A stretch of DNA of 64,000 bases from positions 1 to 64,000 of IMG/VR virus record IMGVR_UViG_3300042868_005761. The stretch is one strand, 5' to 3'. This document shows positions 24,510-33,231 of this stretch, in pieces. The position numbers and the translations under genes were made by a program. This DNA is from a virus. Numbering within the stretch: position 1 is the stretch's first letter; each line of letters begins with the position of its first letter. The notes under the pieces are model-generated. The model made no database searches. It saw only the letters and a list, made by a program, of their open reading frames with translations, and was not told where the DNA came from.

Positions 24510-24770
24510 ATGTACGTGTATGCTAACACTAGGAACAAGACCTGTGAGGTTGTTGAGTCTAGCGATATTCTTGATGCTATTGCAATTTCAAAGGGCAATG
24601 GAATTATCTATTTAACTGACGATAGCGAAGAGGGTGAAGATACTTCCCATCTCTCACAGCAAGAAGTCGCAGACCGTATGGATAACTTAATTGCCTGGAA
24701 AGATGGAATTCTTACTAATCTTGGCAAAACACTAATTGCTAATTCTAATTTTAGAAATTATATTGACTAA
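24510..24770 (+). CDS. hypothetical protein
   Basis: AAGGAG SD. Confidence 0.75.
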   Translation: MYVYANTRNKTCEVVESSDILDAIAISKGNGIIYLTDDSEEGEDTSHLSQQEVADRMDNLIAWKDGILTNLGKTLIANSNFRNYID

Positions 24771-25118
24771 GGAAAACTATGACTGGCCTTGATAGAGTTA
24801 AACAAAAGATTCAAGAGATTATTCTTACTTCTAAACTGAATTCGACGAATTCTCTTGATAAGTTTAAAGAGGTAAAGCCTCAAGAACCTGAGAAGTAATG
24901 TCTCAATGGCATGACGTAACAAAGATGAACGATTGTGTTGTTTATACTTTTATGAAAGATGGGATTAAACAGTACATACTTTTTGGTCCCGATTTATCTA
25001 AGTTTAAACAGTTTAATGACGGTCAAGAACTTGCTGATTATGCGACAACTCATAATCTAATTTTGCAGTTTAAATAATATTTTTACCTATTAAGTAACAC
25101 TTAATAAGAGGTGATAAT

Positions 25119-25517
25119 ATGGGACTTGATATGTATCTTAGGATTGAGAATCTTGAGAATCCTGAAGAAAACGATGATGAGATTGCGACTTGGCGCAAAC
25201 ATGGCGATCTTAATGCTTGGTTTGAAAGGCTATGGCTTACTAAGTATATGCCAGAAGAAACTACTCGTACAGTTAAATTTGGCGACGACTATTTTGACAT
25301 TAGCGCATTCAATGTTGAAAAAGTTTATCTAGATCTAGAGGATCTGCAAGAACTTTTTGATGATTTGATTGCGCAAAGTTTGCCAGTTGCTACTGGGCCT
25401 TTTCATACTGCGAATCCATCTAATCTAGATAGACTTGCATATGATCTTGAAGCCGTTTCTAGAGCCTGTGTAGAAGTTATTCTTGGAAAGAAAGTTTACT
25501 ATATCTGTTGGTGGTAA
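25119..25517 (+). CDS. phage protein (MGLDMY..WRKH type)
   Basis: motifs recurrent in phage hypothetical proteins; GAGGTG SD. Confidence 0.75.
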   Translation: MGLDMYLRIENLENPEENDDEIATWRKHGDLNAWFERLWLTKYMPEETTRTVKFGDDYFDISAFNVEKVYLDLEDLQELFDDLIAQSLPVATGPFHTANPSNLDRLAYDLEAVSRACVEVILGKKVYYICWW

Positions 25518-25658
25518 TATGGGAAGAATGAAAGACCTTGCTATTGACGAGCTTAATAGGCTTGCTGACGAGTCCTCACAGTCTTCAAGTGAATACTTGG
25601 AAGATGAGGAGTCTTGGTTTGTTGAAGACGATTATCTTTTTACAGAAGAGGATGACTA

Positions 25659-26132
25659 ATGAAACAAGAACTACAAGACGAGCTTTTTAAGAAATATCCT
25701 GATATCTTTTGCCAGCGGCATCTTCCAATGAGCCAGACATGTATGTGTTGGGGCATTGATACTGGTGATGGTTGGTATCAGTTGATTGATGATCTTTGTG
25801 CTAAGATTAAGGCTCATGTTGATGAGACTAAGCTTACATACCCTAAGTACACTATTGAGGCTGTTCAGGTTAAAGAAAAGTTTGGAACTTTGTCTTTTTA
25901 TCTAGACTATAGTCATCCTGCTGTTGATAATTTTATCTCAGAAGCCAGAGCTCTTAGTGCTAAAACTTGTGATGTTTGTGGTGAGCCCGGACACTGTGGT
26001 TCCTACAGAGGATGGTGGATGACAATGTGCCAGACTCATAGCAATGAGTATATTGCAGAAACTGGAAATAAGCTTGTAGAGCTTGACTATGAGGATGACG
26101 AAGAGGAAGAAGATAAGCCAGATGCTGAGTAA
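25659..26132 (+). CDS. phage protein (QVKEKFG..CxxCG type)
   Basis: GDGW, QVKEKFGTL.FY, CDVCG. Confidence 0.8.
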   Translation: MKQELQDELFKKYPDIFCQRHLPMSQTCMCWGIDTGDGWYQLIDDLCAKIKAHVDETKLTYPKYTIEAVQVKEKFGTLSFYLDYSHPAVDNFISEARALSAKTCDVCGEPGHCGSYRGWWMTMCQTHSNEYIAETGNKLVELDYEDDEEEEDKPDAE

Positions 26133-26200
26133 TGTTTTACTCTGTTTATTTATGATTGTATTATTTACGTATACAGCAATACTACTTTATAGGAACTTAG

Positions 26201-26491
26201 ATGACTGATTATGAAGATGATGTGGATTATAGCTTTACATGGAACCATAGAGTTCTGAAGACTACCAGTGAGATCGAAGGATCTGTTTATGAGGACTTTC
26301 GCATCGTAGAAGTCCAATACAGAAATAGATTGGTTTCTACTTACTGTGAGCCTTTTACAAGCGCTGAATCTCTTGATGAACTTGAAAAAGTACTTAATCA
26401 AATGAGAGATGCTCTTAGCAAGCCTGTTCTTGTTCTAGAAGATTTTGCCGATCTAGATCTAGATACAGAAGAGGAAGATGACAATGCCTGA
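26201..26491 (+). CDS. hypothetical protein
   Basis: WNHRV motif; acidic. Confidence 0.7.
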   Translation: MTDYEDDVDYSFTWNHRVLKTTSEIEGSVYEDFRIVEVQYRNRLVSTYCEPFTSAESLDELEKVLNQMRDALSKPVLVLEDFADLDLDTEEEDDNA

Positions 26492-26614
26492 TGAATATGA
26501 TCTAGAATTTAAGATTACTCAACTTGAAAGACAAGTTGAAGATCTTATTACAAAGGTTGAAGACATCCGCGAAGATATTCAACATCTAATGAGTATGCAA
26601 AGAGAGGATAACTA

Positions 26615-26860
26615 ATGGATAATTTTTATACAGACATTGATATTGGTTCTACAATGGGCCAATTTGCTTTGCTAATGAGCAGGGGTGCTGGCTTCTATCC
26701 TGATAGCCAAACTAGCTGGTCCATTAGTAAGATGCTAGATTCTAGATTTTTAGCTAAGGGCTACAATCTAGATGATTGCGATGTTTACACTATTTACGCT
26801 GAGATTATAACAATTCTAAACGAGGCAGCTCAGGCCTCAAATTTTGACAAAGGAGAATAA
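26615..26860 (+). CDS. hypothetical protein
   Basis: GAGGA SD. Confidence 0.7.
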   Translation: MDNFYTDIDIGSTMGQFALLMSRGAGFYPDSQTSWSISKMLDSRFLAKGYNLDDCDVYTIYAEIITILNEAAQASNFDKGE

Positions 26861-26862
26861 TT

Positions 26863-27300
26863 ATGAGTGTTGATGGTACTGATCTTACGAAGATCACTGG
26901 TGATAGTGTGAAGGTTATAGCTGAGGCTGCTGTTGCGGCTGCTGCTCCTGTTGTTGTTAAGAAGGCTGGCTGGTTTCTTAGCCGTGTAACTGCTTCGGTT
27001 CTTGCTGTGGTTCTTTCACTTGTGGGTGGCGCAGTTGGTTTTGTAACTGGCCGTATCACTGGTGGTAGCAATCCTATTGAGGGCTATACCGTTTCTGACG
27101 GTTCAGGCAGTGGCTCTGGCAGTGGTGCTCTTGCGGCTCCTGCTGCTAGCGGCAGTGCTGCTACTGAAGCTGCTGCTCCTAAGGCAGTTCCCTATGATGC
27201 TAAGACAGTTGCTGCCGAGGCTGTTCTTGGTGCTCCTCTTGAGTCGCACCTTGCTCATCCTGCTGATGCAGCTACTGCTGCTGAGGCTGACGCTAAGTAG
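26863..27300 (+). CDS. Ala/Gly-rich membrane protein
   Basis: TM helix plus low-complexity tail; AAGGAG SD. Confidence 0.75.
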   Translation: MSVDGTDLTKITGDSVKVIAEAAVAAAAPVVVKKAGWFLSRVTASVLAVVLSLVGGAVGFVTGRITGGSNPIEGYTVSDGSGSGSGSGALAAPAASGSAATEAAAPKAVPYDAKTVAAEAVLGAPLESHLAHPADAATAAEADAK

Positions 27301-27351
27301 AACTTGGTATGATTCCTATGTTTAAGTAGGAATTATTATTAAGGGAACATC

Positions 27352-27795
27352 ATGACTGAAGGTTATATTGCATATACAGATGGTTGGAAATATCAATTGA
27401 AAGAGGATTATACTTGTAAGATAAATATAATTCCTCCTTTGAATATCAAAACCGAATATATAGAACTTCTTGGTGATGGCACATTGACAATTCGTCATGG
27501 CTATGCATGGGATGGACCTTCAGGTCCAACCGTTGACAGCAAGAATTTTATGCGTGGATCTTTAGTTCATGATGCTCTTTATCAGCTTATCAGAGAAAAG
27601 CATCTTCCTCTCTCTTACAGAGATAAAGCAGACCGTCTTCTTCAGCAAATGTGCAAAGAAGATGGAATGTGGGCGATTAGAGCTTGGTATGTTTACCAAG
27701 GAGTTTCTACTTTTGGTGGAGACTTTGGCATTAAGAATGGTGCACATAAAGTTAGCTATGCTCCAAAGAAAATAGCTAAGAAAACTTTAGAATAG
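27352..27795 (+). CDS. DUF1353-like protein
   Basis: WDGPSGP, SLVHDALY, AD..L motifs. Confidence 0.65.
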   Translation: MTEGYIAYTDGWKYQLKEDYTCKINIIPPLNIKTEYIELLGDGTLTIRHGYAWDGPSGPTVDSKNFMRGSLVHDALYQLIREKHLPLSYRDKADRLLQQMCKEDGMWAIRAWYVYQGVSTFGGDFGIKNGAHKVSYAPKKIAKKTLE

Positions 27796-27820
27796 TAATA
27801 TTCAAATATAAGTAATAAAG

Positions 27821-27851
27821 AAGTCTTAGGTAGAAATGCCTAAGACTTTTT
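27821..27851 (+). terminator. intrinsic terminator
   Basis: AAGTCTTAGG..CCTAAGACTT plus T run. Confidence 0.8.
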
Positions 27852-27921
27852 GTTTATCTGTATTTGTTTACAATGTATTCTTTGATATTTGATTTTTAAT
27901 TATTCATATTAGGATATTTAT

Positions 27922-28626
27922 ATGAATTACGATAATATTTTAGAATCACTAGAGTCATCTTCACAAGAAGCAGACTTCAACCTTATTTGGAATGCTCAGG
28001 CTGTTAACGTAAAGACTGGCAATGTTCCTACTTTGTATATTGGCCATACTAAGCAAGAAGCATGGGAGAGTTGCAATGGATGTAAGCTCAGAGGTAACGG
28101 CTGTTATGCCTGGAGTGGTAGCGTCAATATTGGATCTAGTTCAACTAGGCGTGCCTATGCAAGAGGCGCTGATAAGACCTTATCTTACGCTCTTAAGAAT
28201 AGACACAAGACCGCTAGAATGGTTCGTGTATCCGCCATTGGAGACATTGGCAGATGTTCGTCAACGCAAGCATCTGAGATCAAAGAGACTATTGGCAAAA
28301 CAAAGCTCGAGTTAGTGGGGTATACTCATCACTGGAGAGAAGAGAAAGTAGCTAAGAATTGGCGCGGTTCTCTTATGGCAAGCTGCGAGAAGATTAATGA
28401 CGCAGATCTTGCTGTTGCTCAAGGATGGAGAGCCACTACAATTGTAGGCGAAGACAGTCCCCATGCTTTCACTAGTCCAGCTGGTAATAAAGTAGTTGTC
28501 TGTCCAGCGCAAACCAAAAGCAGTATTACTTGTAATCAGTGTAGGCTTTGTAATGGTAGCAAAAAAGCTGCACCTATTATTGCATTTATTGCACATGGTA
28601 ATCAAATGGAAAAAGCTTTAGCTTAA
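27922..28626 (+). CDS. Cys-rich phage protein (Gp88-like, possibly Fe-S binding)
   Basis: N.KTG, C..C.L...GCYA, R....GD, YTH, CPAQ, C..C.LC. Confidence 0.55.
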   Translation: MNYDNILESLESSSQEADFNLIWNAQAVNVKTGNVPTLYIGHTKQEAWESCNGCKLRGNGCYAWSGSVNIGSSSTRRAYARGADKTLSYALKNRHKTARMVRVSAIGDIGRCSSTQASEIKETIGKTKLELVGYTHHWREEKVAKNWRGSLMASCEKINDADLAVAQGWRATTIVGEDSPHAFTSPAGNKVVVCPAQTKSSITCNQCRLCNGSKKAAPIIAFIAHGNQMEKALA

Positions 28627-28636
28627 GGAGTTAACA

Positions 28637-28915
28637 ATGACTGGTCCTTCAATTAATTCAGATCTTATTTTTCAAGTCTATAGACTTCAACAAATTGATC
28701 AGATTAGCAAGAGCGAATTGTATGACATGATTATTCATGACTTGAATGGCCAGATTCCTGGACACCTACTATCAACAATGTGGTATTTGTCTAATCAGAT
28801 GGCAGAGCAAGTTAACGACACTTCTTGTCTTTGCATTCTAAATGCATTTGTTTCACTTCTTAAGGCTATTCATCAATTCAAGATTGAATATGCTATTGAT
28901 GGCACCCCTCAGTAA
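28637..28915 (+). CDS. hypothetical protein
   Basis: AAGGAG SD. Confidence 0.7.
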   Translation: MTGPSINSDLIFQVYRLQQIDQISKSELYDMIIHDLNGQIPGHLLSTMWYLSNQMAEQVNDTSCLCILNAFVSLLKAIHQFKIEYAIDGTPQ

Positions 28916-28929
28916 TAAAAGGAATAAAC

Positions 28930-29193
28930 ATGGAATACTCTGAATCTATTTTGACTGAACTTTATACCTGGTGTTTTGAAGTATCACCTGATACTATTGT
29001 TGGCAATACAGCAACTTTGGCTGATACCGTTGGTTCTGTTACTATCTATCAAAGTCTTGACTCTAATAATACTAATGTTTGGTGCGTTAGCGCATCTTCT
29101 GATACTACGATTATTACTGCCTTTGAAGTCGATTTATCTACTGGTATTGACAATTTCAAATCAGCATGGACAAATAGAAACAATCCTATTTAA
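28930..29193 (+). CDS. hypothetical protein
   Basis: AAGGA SD. Confidence 0.7.
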   Translation: MEYSESILTELYTWCFEVSPDTIVGNTATLADTVGSVTIYQSLDSNNTNVWCVSASSDTTIITAFEVDLSTGIDNFKSAWTNRNNPI

Positions 29194-29408
29194 TGGTTAA
29201 CCTAGACTATTGTAAGTCGGGTAGCTATAAAATACTAACTACTAAACCAGCGTCTAGCCGTTTAGAAGAATTAGGATTTATTTCAGGTAAAAAACTTTAC
29301 CTGATTTCAAATAATTTTCTTGGTATTAGAATTCGTATTAATAATGTAGTTTATCTTTTTGATAAAGATACTGCATCTACAATTTACGTTCAGCCAGTAG
29401 AGGAATAA
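29193..29408 (+). CDS. FeoA-like domain protein
   Basis: 71 aa with RL.ELGF..G..L and A..I.V at the end. Confidence 0.6.
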   Translation: MVNLDYCKSGSYKILTTKPASSRLEELGFISGKKLYLISNNFLGIRIRINNVVYLFDKDTASTIYVQPVEE

Positions 29409-29788
29409 TGGCACATTCGATGTATCTCTCAGGAGTGCTTGGCACTTATAATGTTGAGAATCCAGATTATATGTATATTAAGATTGTAAGTTCTGAGCCA
29501 AATAAAAGCTTTACAACGTTTATGGTTCGAATTCAAAAGGGTTCCCTTAGTGACAAACTTAAGGGTGTTCCTGCTGGGAGTGTTATTGGTCTTCACAATT
29601 GCAGGCTTGGAGAACCATATGTAACTAAGCCCTTTGTTCCAAAGGGACAAACAGAGGCAATTCGAGTTACATACAATCATATTGTGCATGTAGAAGACAT
29701 TATTTGTCCGAATATGCAGGGAAAGACTACCAAACAGCAGTCTTTTACCAGTCAACAAATGGATGACCTTGTTGACTCTCTAGGATAG
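29408..29788 (+). CDS. hypothetical protein (possible OB fold)
   Basis: beta-rich with acidic tail. Confidence 0.65.
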   Translation: MAHSMYLSGVLGTYNVENPDYMYIKIVSSEPNKSFTTFMVRIQKGSLSDKLKGVPAGSVIGLHNCRLGEPYVTKPFVPKGQTEAIRVTYNHIVHVEDIICPNMQGKTTKQQSFTSQQMDDLVDSLG

Positions 29789-29846
29789 ACTTTTTGATTT
29801 TTTTTAATTTGTATTTTGTAATTGGTTTTTAAACAAGGAGAATAAA

Positions 29847-30536
29847 ATGGAAGTTAATACTACTCGTCCCCAGATTGTCATTTTTGATGCGCCTACTAAG
29901 GGCTGTTACGTTGTGCATTTGCCTAACACTGATCGTCCCATGACAGTCAGTGGTCAGCATTTTGCCACTGTTCTAAGAGAGCTTTCTTCGCTATTCCCAG
30001 AATATCACTTTGTTTATGAGAAGGATCCGTCTTTGATCTATGATGCCAAGGCTGATCGTCTTCTCAATTTTCGTGATGCTAGTAAGCATGCCCTAATTAC
30101 TAGTGGTATTGCTCTGCTAGAGACTGCTTGTTATGAAGTTCGCAGAGAACTTACTCTAGCTGCGGATGAAAAGCGTACTCCTCAGTATACTGATCTTACA
30201 GGAAAGATTATCTCTGCCTTTATGACAGCTGACAAGTATTTCTGGACCCTTGAAGGAGCTCGTCGAGATAAGCCTAAGATTGACCTTAATAAGCCTGCTG
30301 TGCGTCCGCCTATGTGGACTAAGCAATCTTCAGATTATGACGGTGACAAGACCAATGAGATGCGCAATAAGAATGTCTGCTGTAAGCAGCAAGATCCGTG
30401 TTGCAAGGAGAAGCCTACGGGTTTCACAGCGACTAAGCTACCTTTTGGTGTAGGTTATACGTTTGATGGAGATATTAATGATATTGACAAGTTAACTAAG
30501 GAACTTGAGGCAATCTTTAAGGGATTTCGCCGATAA
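29847..30536 (+). CDS. hypothetical protein
   Basis: AAGGAG SD. Confidence 0.8.
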   Translation: MEVNTTRPQIVIFDAPTKGCYVVHLPNTDRPMTVSGQHFATVLRELSSLFPEYHFVYEKDPSLIYDAKADRLLNFRDASKHALITSGIALLETACYEVRRELTLAADEKRTPQYTDLTGKIISAFMTADKYFWTLEGARRDKPKIDLNKPAVRPPMWTKQSSDYDGDKTNEMRNKNVCCKQQDPCCKEKPTGFTATKLPFGVGYTFDGDINDIDKLTKELEAIFKGFRR

Positions 30537-30559
30537 GTTAAATATAAAATAAGGTAAGA

Positions 30560-31939
30560 ATGCAACAGTATACTAAGCCGTTTCGGCTATTGATGAACGA
30601 CAATCCTTTCTTTGGATTGTATCTATTGGGTGTCAATAAGTATGAGGTCGATCATTCAATTCCTATCGCAGCAGTTGCGATGGAAGGATACAACTTTAAG
30701 TTGTTGCTTAGAAAGGGGAGATATCTTGATATGCCTTCTGAGCATCAGGTTGGCGTACTAAAGCATGAGATTCTTCATATCTCGCTTGGCCACTTGAGTC
30801 CTTACTATCGTAACCGTTGCCCAGATCATAAGATCTTTAATATTGCTGCTGATCTTGAGATCAATCAGTACATTGAAAGATCAGAGCTTCCTGAAGGTTG
30901 TATTCAGATGGAGACCTTCCCAGACTATGAGTTGCCTGAAAAGGCAGGTACTGTCTTCTACTATGATTTTCTAAAGCAGAAGATCGAAGAGTTGAAGGGA
31001 GAGTATCCTGATGAGTTCTACGGCGATCCTTGTCCTGGTAATGGACCAGACCAGGGCCCTAAGAATCCTGGTGATAGTCCTGATGGCGGTCAGGATGGTC
31101 AAGAAGGATCTTCTCCTGCTCAATCAGGAGATAAAGATAGTGATTCCGAAAGTCAGCCTGGTAAAGGTCCTTCAAAGGCAGATCAGAATCTAATGGATAT
31201 GTATGGCCAGGGCGATCCTAGCCATAGCCAGTGGGACAAGCCAGACCTTGAGCCTGGTGAAGATTCTACGGGCTACTGGGAGGCAGTCGATGAGATCCGT
31301 CGTCAGCAGGTCCGTAGAGCTTACCATGAGACTATTCGTCAGTCTGGATCTACTGCTCGTGGTTATATCCCTGGTAACCTACTTTCAGAGATTGATCGTC
31401 TTCTTGAAAAGAAGGATCCAGTTACTAACTGGAAAGCCTACTTTAGAAGATTCATTGCTGCAAGTACTAGTGTAGTTGTAAAGAAGACTAAGCGTAAGGA
31501 ATCGATTCGCTTTGTCGGTCAGCCTGGTCTTAAGTTCAATCCTAAGCATAAGTTGCTTATTGCGATTGACACTAGCGGTAGCGTTAGCGATCAGGAGTTG
31601 GCAAACTTTATGGCAGAGCTAGAGTTTATCTCTAAGACTGGCGCAAAGATGACTCTTCTTCATTGCGATGCTGCAATTGCAAAGGTTGAAGAATATTCCA
31701 AGCAGAATAGTGTTAAGGTCTATGGCCGTGGTGGTACCGACTTTGATCCTCCTGTTCAGTATATGAATAAGAATAAGAGCAAGTATACTTGTCTTGTTTA
31801 TTTTAGTGATGGAGCATGTAGTCCTCCGTCTATTAAGACGACTAAGCCTATTCTTTGGGTTATGACTCGCGGTGAACGTGAGCAATACAAGGACCAAAAG
31901 TTTCCTGGTGATGTTGTTATTATGAAGGAAGTTCTTTAG
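30560..31939 (+). CDS. DUF2201-type metallopeptidase-like / VWA domain protein
   Basis: HEILH, NIAAD, DTSGS (MIDAS), GRGGTDF, SDG. Confidence 0.88.
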   Translation: MQQYTKPFRLLMNDNPFFGLYLLGVNKYEVDHSIPIAAVAMEGYNFKLLLRKGRYLDMPSEHQVGVLKHEILHISLGHLSPYYRNRCPDHKIFNIAADLEINQYIERSELPEGCIQMETFPDYELPEKAGTVFYYDFLKQKIEELKGEYPDEFYGDPCPGNGPDQGPKNPGDSPDGGQDGQEGSSPAQSGDKDSDSESQPGKGPSKADQNLMDMYGQGDPSHSQWDKPDLEPGEDSTGYWEAVDEIRRQQVRRAYHETIRQSGSTARGYIPGNLLSEIDRLLEKKDPVTNWKAYFRRFIAASTSVVVKKTKRKESIRFVGQPGLKFNPKHKLLIAIDTSGSVSDQELANFMAELEFISKTGAKMTLLHCDAAIAKVEEYSKQNSVKVYGRGGTDFDPPVQYMNKNKSKYTCLVYFSDGACSPPSIKTTKPILWVMTRGEREQYKDQKFPGDVVIMKEVL

Positions 31940-32023
31940 GACTTTTTGATTATTAATTAAAGTAAAACAGATTAAAGTATTCTTTACTATTTATCCTAAT
32001 ACCTTATAACCAAGGATAAATAA

Positions 32024-33217
32024 ATGTCTCAAATTAAGATCGATGATAGTCTCATTCTCAACTCTCGTGAAATTGTTACGTTTCTCGAGCACGTAATTCG
32101 TACCAATAGGGGTCTTCAGGACCGTGGCATGATGCCTACGGCTGTTAACATCGAGGGCCACGCTGGTCTCGGTAAGACTTCTACTGTCCTTCAGGTTGCT
32201 CAGCGCAATGATCTGCACATGGTCAAGATTAATCTTGCACAGTGCGAAGAGCTTGGCGATATTGTAGGTTTTCCTGTTAAGGAATATAAGCTTGAAGATG
32301 GCACTTGGATTACCAGTGACCATCTAAACGTTGTTAGCACTGACCGTCTTGACGCCAATAACTTGACTGGCGAAGTCCGCATGGGCTATGCCGTTCCTGC
32401 CTGGATTCAGGGTCGCACTGACAAGGGCGGTATCCTTCTCTTGGATGACTACACTCGTGCAGACCCCCGTTATATGCAGGCTGTCATGGAGCTTATTGAC
32501 CGTCAGGAATACATTAGCTTCAAGCTTCCGAAGGGCTGGACGATTATCCTGACTAGTAACCCTGCTAATGATAATTACATGGTCCAGGAGATCGACAATG
32601 CCATGAAGACTCGTTTCATTACAATTCAGTATGGCTTCGATGCAGAGACCTGGGCTACCTGGGCAGAGCAGAATGCGCTAGACCAGCGTTGTATCAACTT
32701 TGTTCTTAAGCATCCTGAGATTATGTCTCCTGAGAAGATTAATCCACGTTCAATCGTGCATTTCTTTAATCAGATTAGCGACTTCAAGGACTTCAAGAAG
32801 CAGCTTAAGTTCATTCGACTTGTCGGTGATGCCAGCTGTGGTCCTGAGACTACCAGCCTCTTTATCAACTTCATTAACGATGAGTTGGATAAGCTTCCTG
32901 ATATTCGTGCTGCTTATGATCACAAGGATGTCGATTTCCTTGGCAATCAGATCCGTAGCGCTACGAATACTGACGGTACCTATAAGGCCGCTATCGCAAG
33001 CATTCTTGCTACTCGTCTCGTGATCTTCCTTAATCAGCTTCATTCTAAGAAGCCTGTTGATAAGGGAACCAAGGATCGGCTTACGCATATTGTGAAGGAA
33101 AAGATCTTTATGGAAGATCTGACCCGTCATATTTGTCAGTCTCTTATTGCAAACAATGATAAGTTTGCAAGTCTTGCAATGCAGCAAGAGTTTTCTAGCT
33201 ACGTCCTTGGGGCGTAA
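32024..33217 (+). CDS. MoxR-like AAA+ ATPase
   Basis: GHAGLGKT, LLLDDYTRA, TSNP, A.KTRF. Confidence 0.88.
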   Translation: MSQIKIDDSLILNSREIVTFLEHVIRTNRGLQDRGMMPTAVNIEGHAGLGKTSTVLQVAQRNDLHMVKINLAQCEELGDIVGFPVKEYKLEDGTWITSDHLNVVSTDRLDANNLTGEVRMGYAVPAWIQGRTDKGGILLLDDYTRADPRYMQAVMELIDRQEYISFKLPKGWTIILTSNPANDNYMVQEIDNAMKTRFITIQYGFDAETWATWAEQNALDQRCINFVLKHPEIMSPEKINPRSIVHFFNQISDFKDFKKQLKFIRLVGDASCGPETTSLFINFINDELDKLPDIRAAYDHKDVDFLGNQIRSATNTDGTYKAAIASILATRLVIFLNQLHSKKPVDKGTKDRLTHIVKEKIFMEDLTRHICQSLIANNDKFASLAMQQEFSSYVLGA

Positions 33218-33231
33218 GGATAAGGATAACA

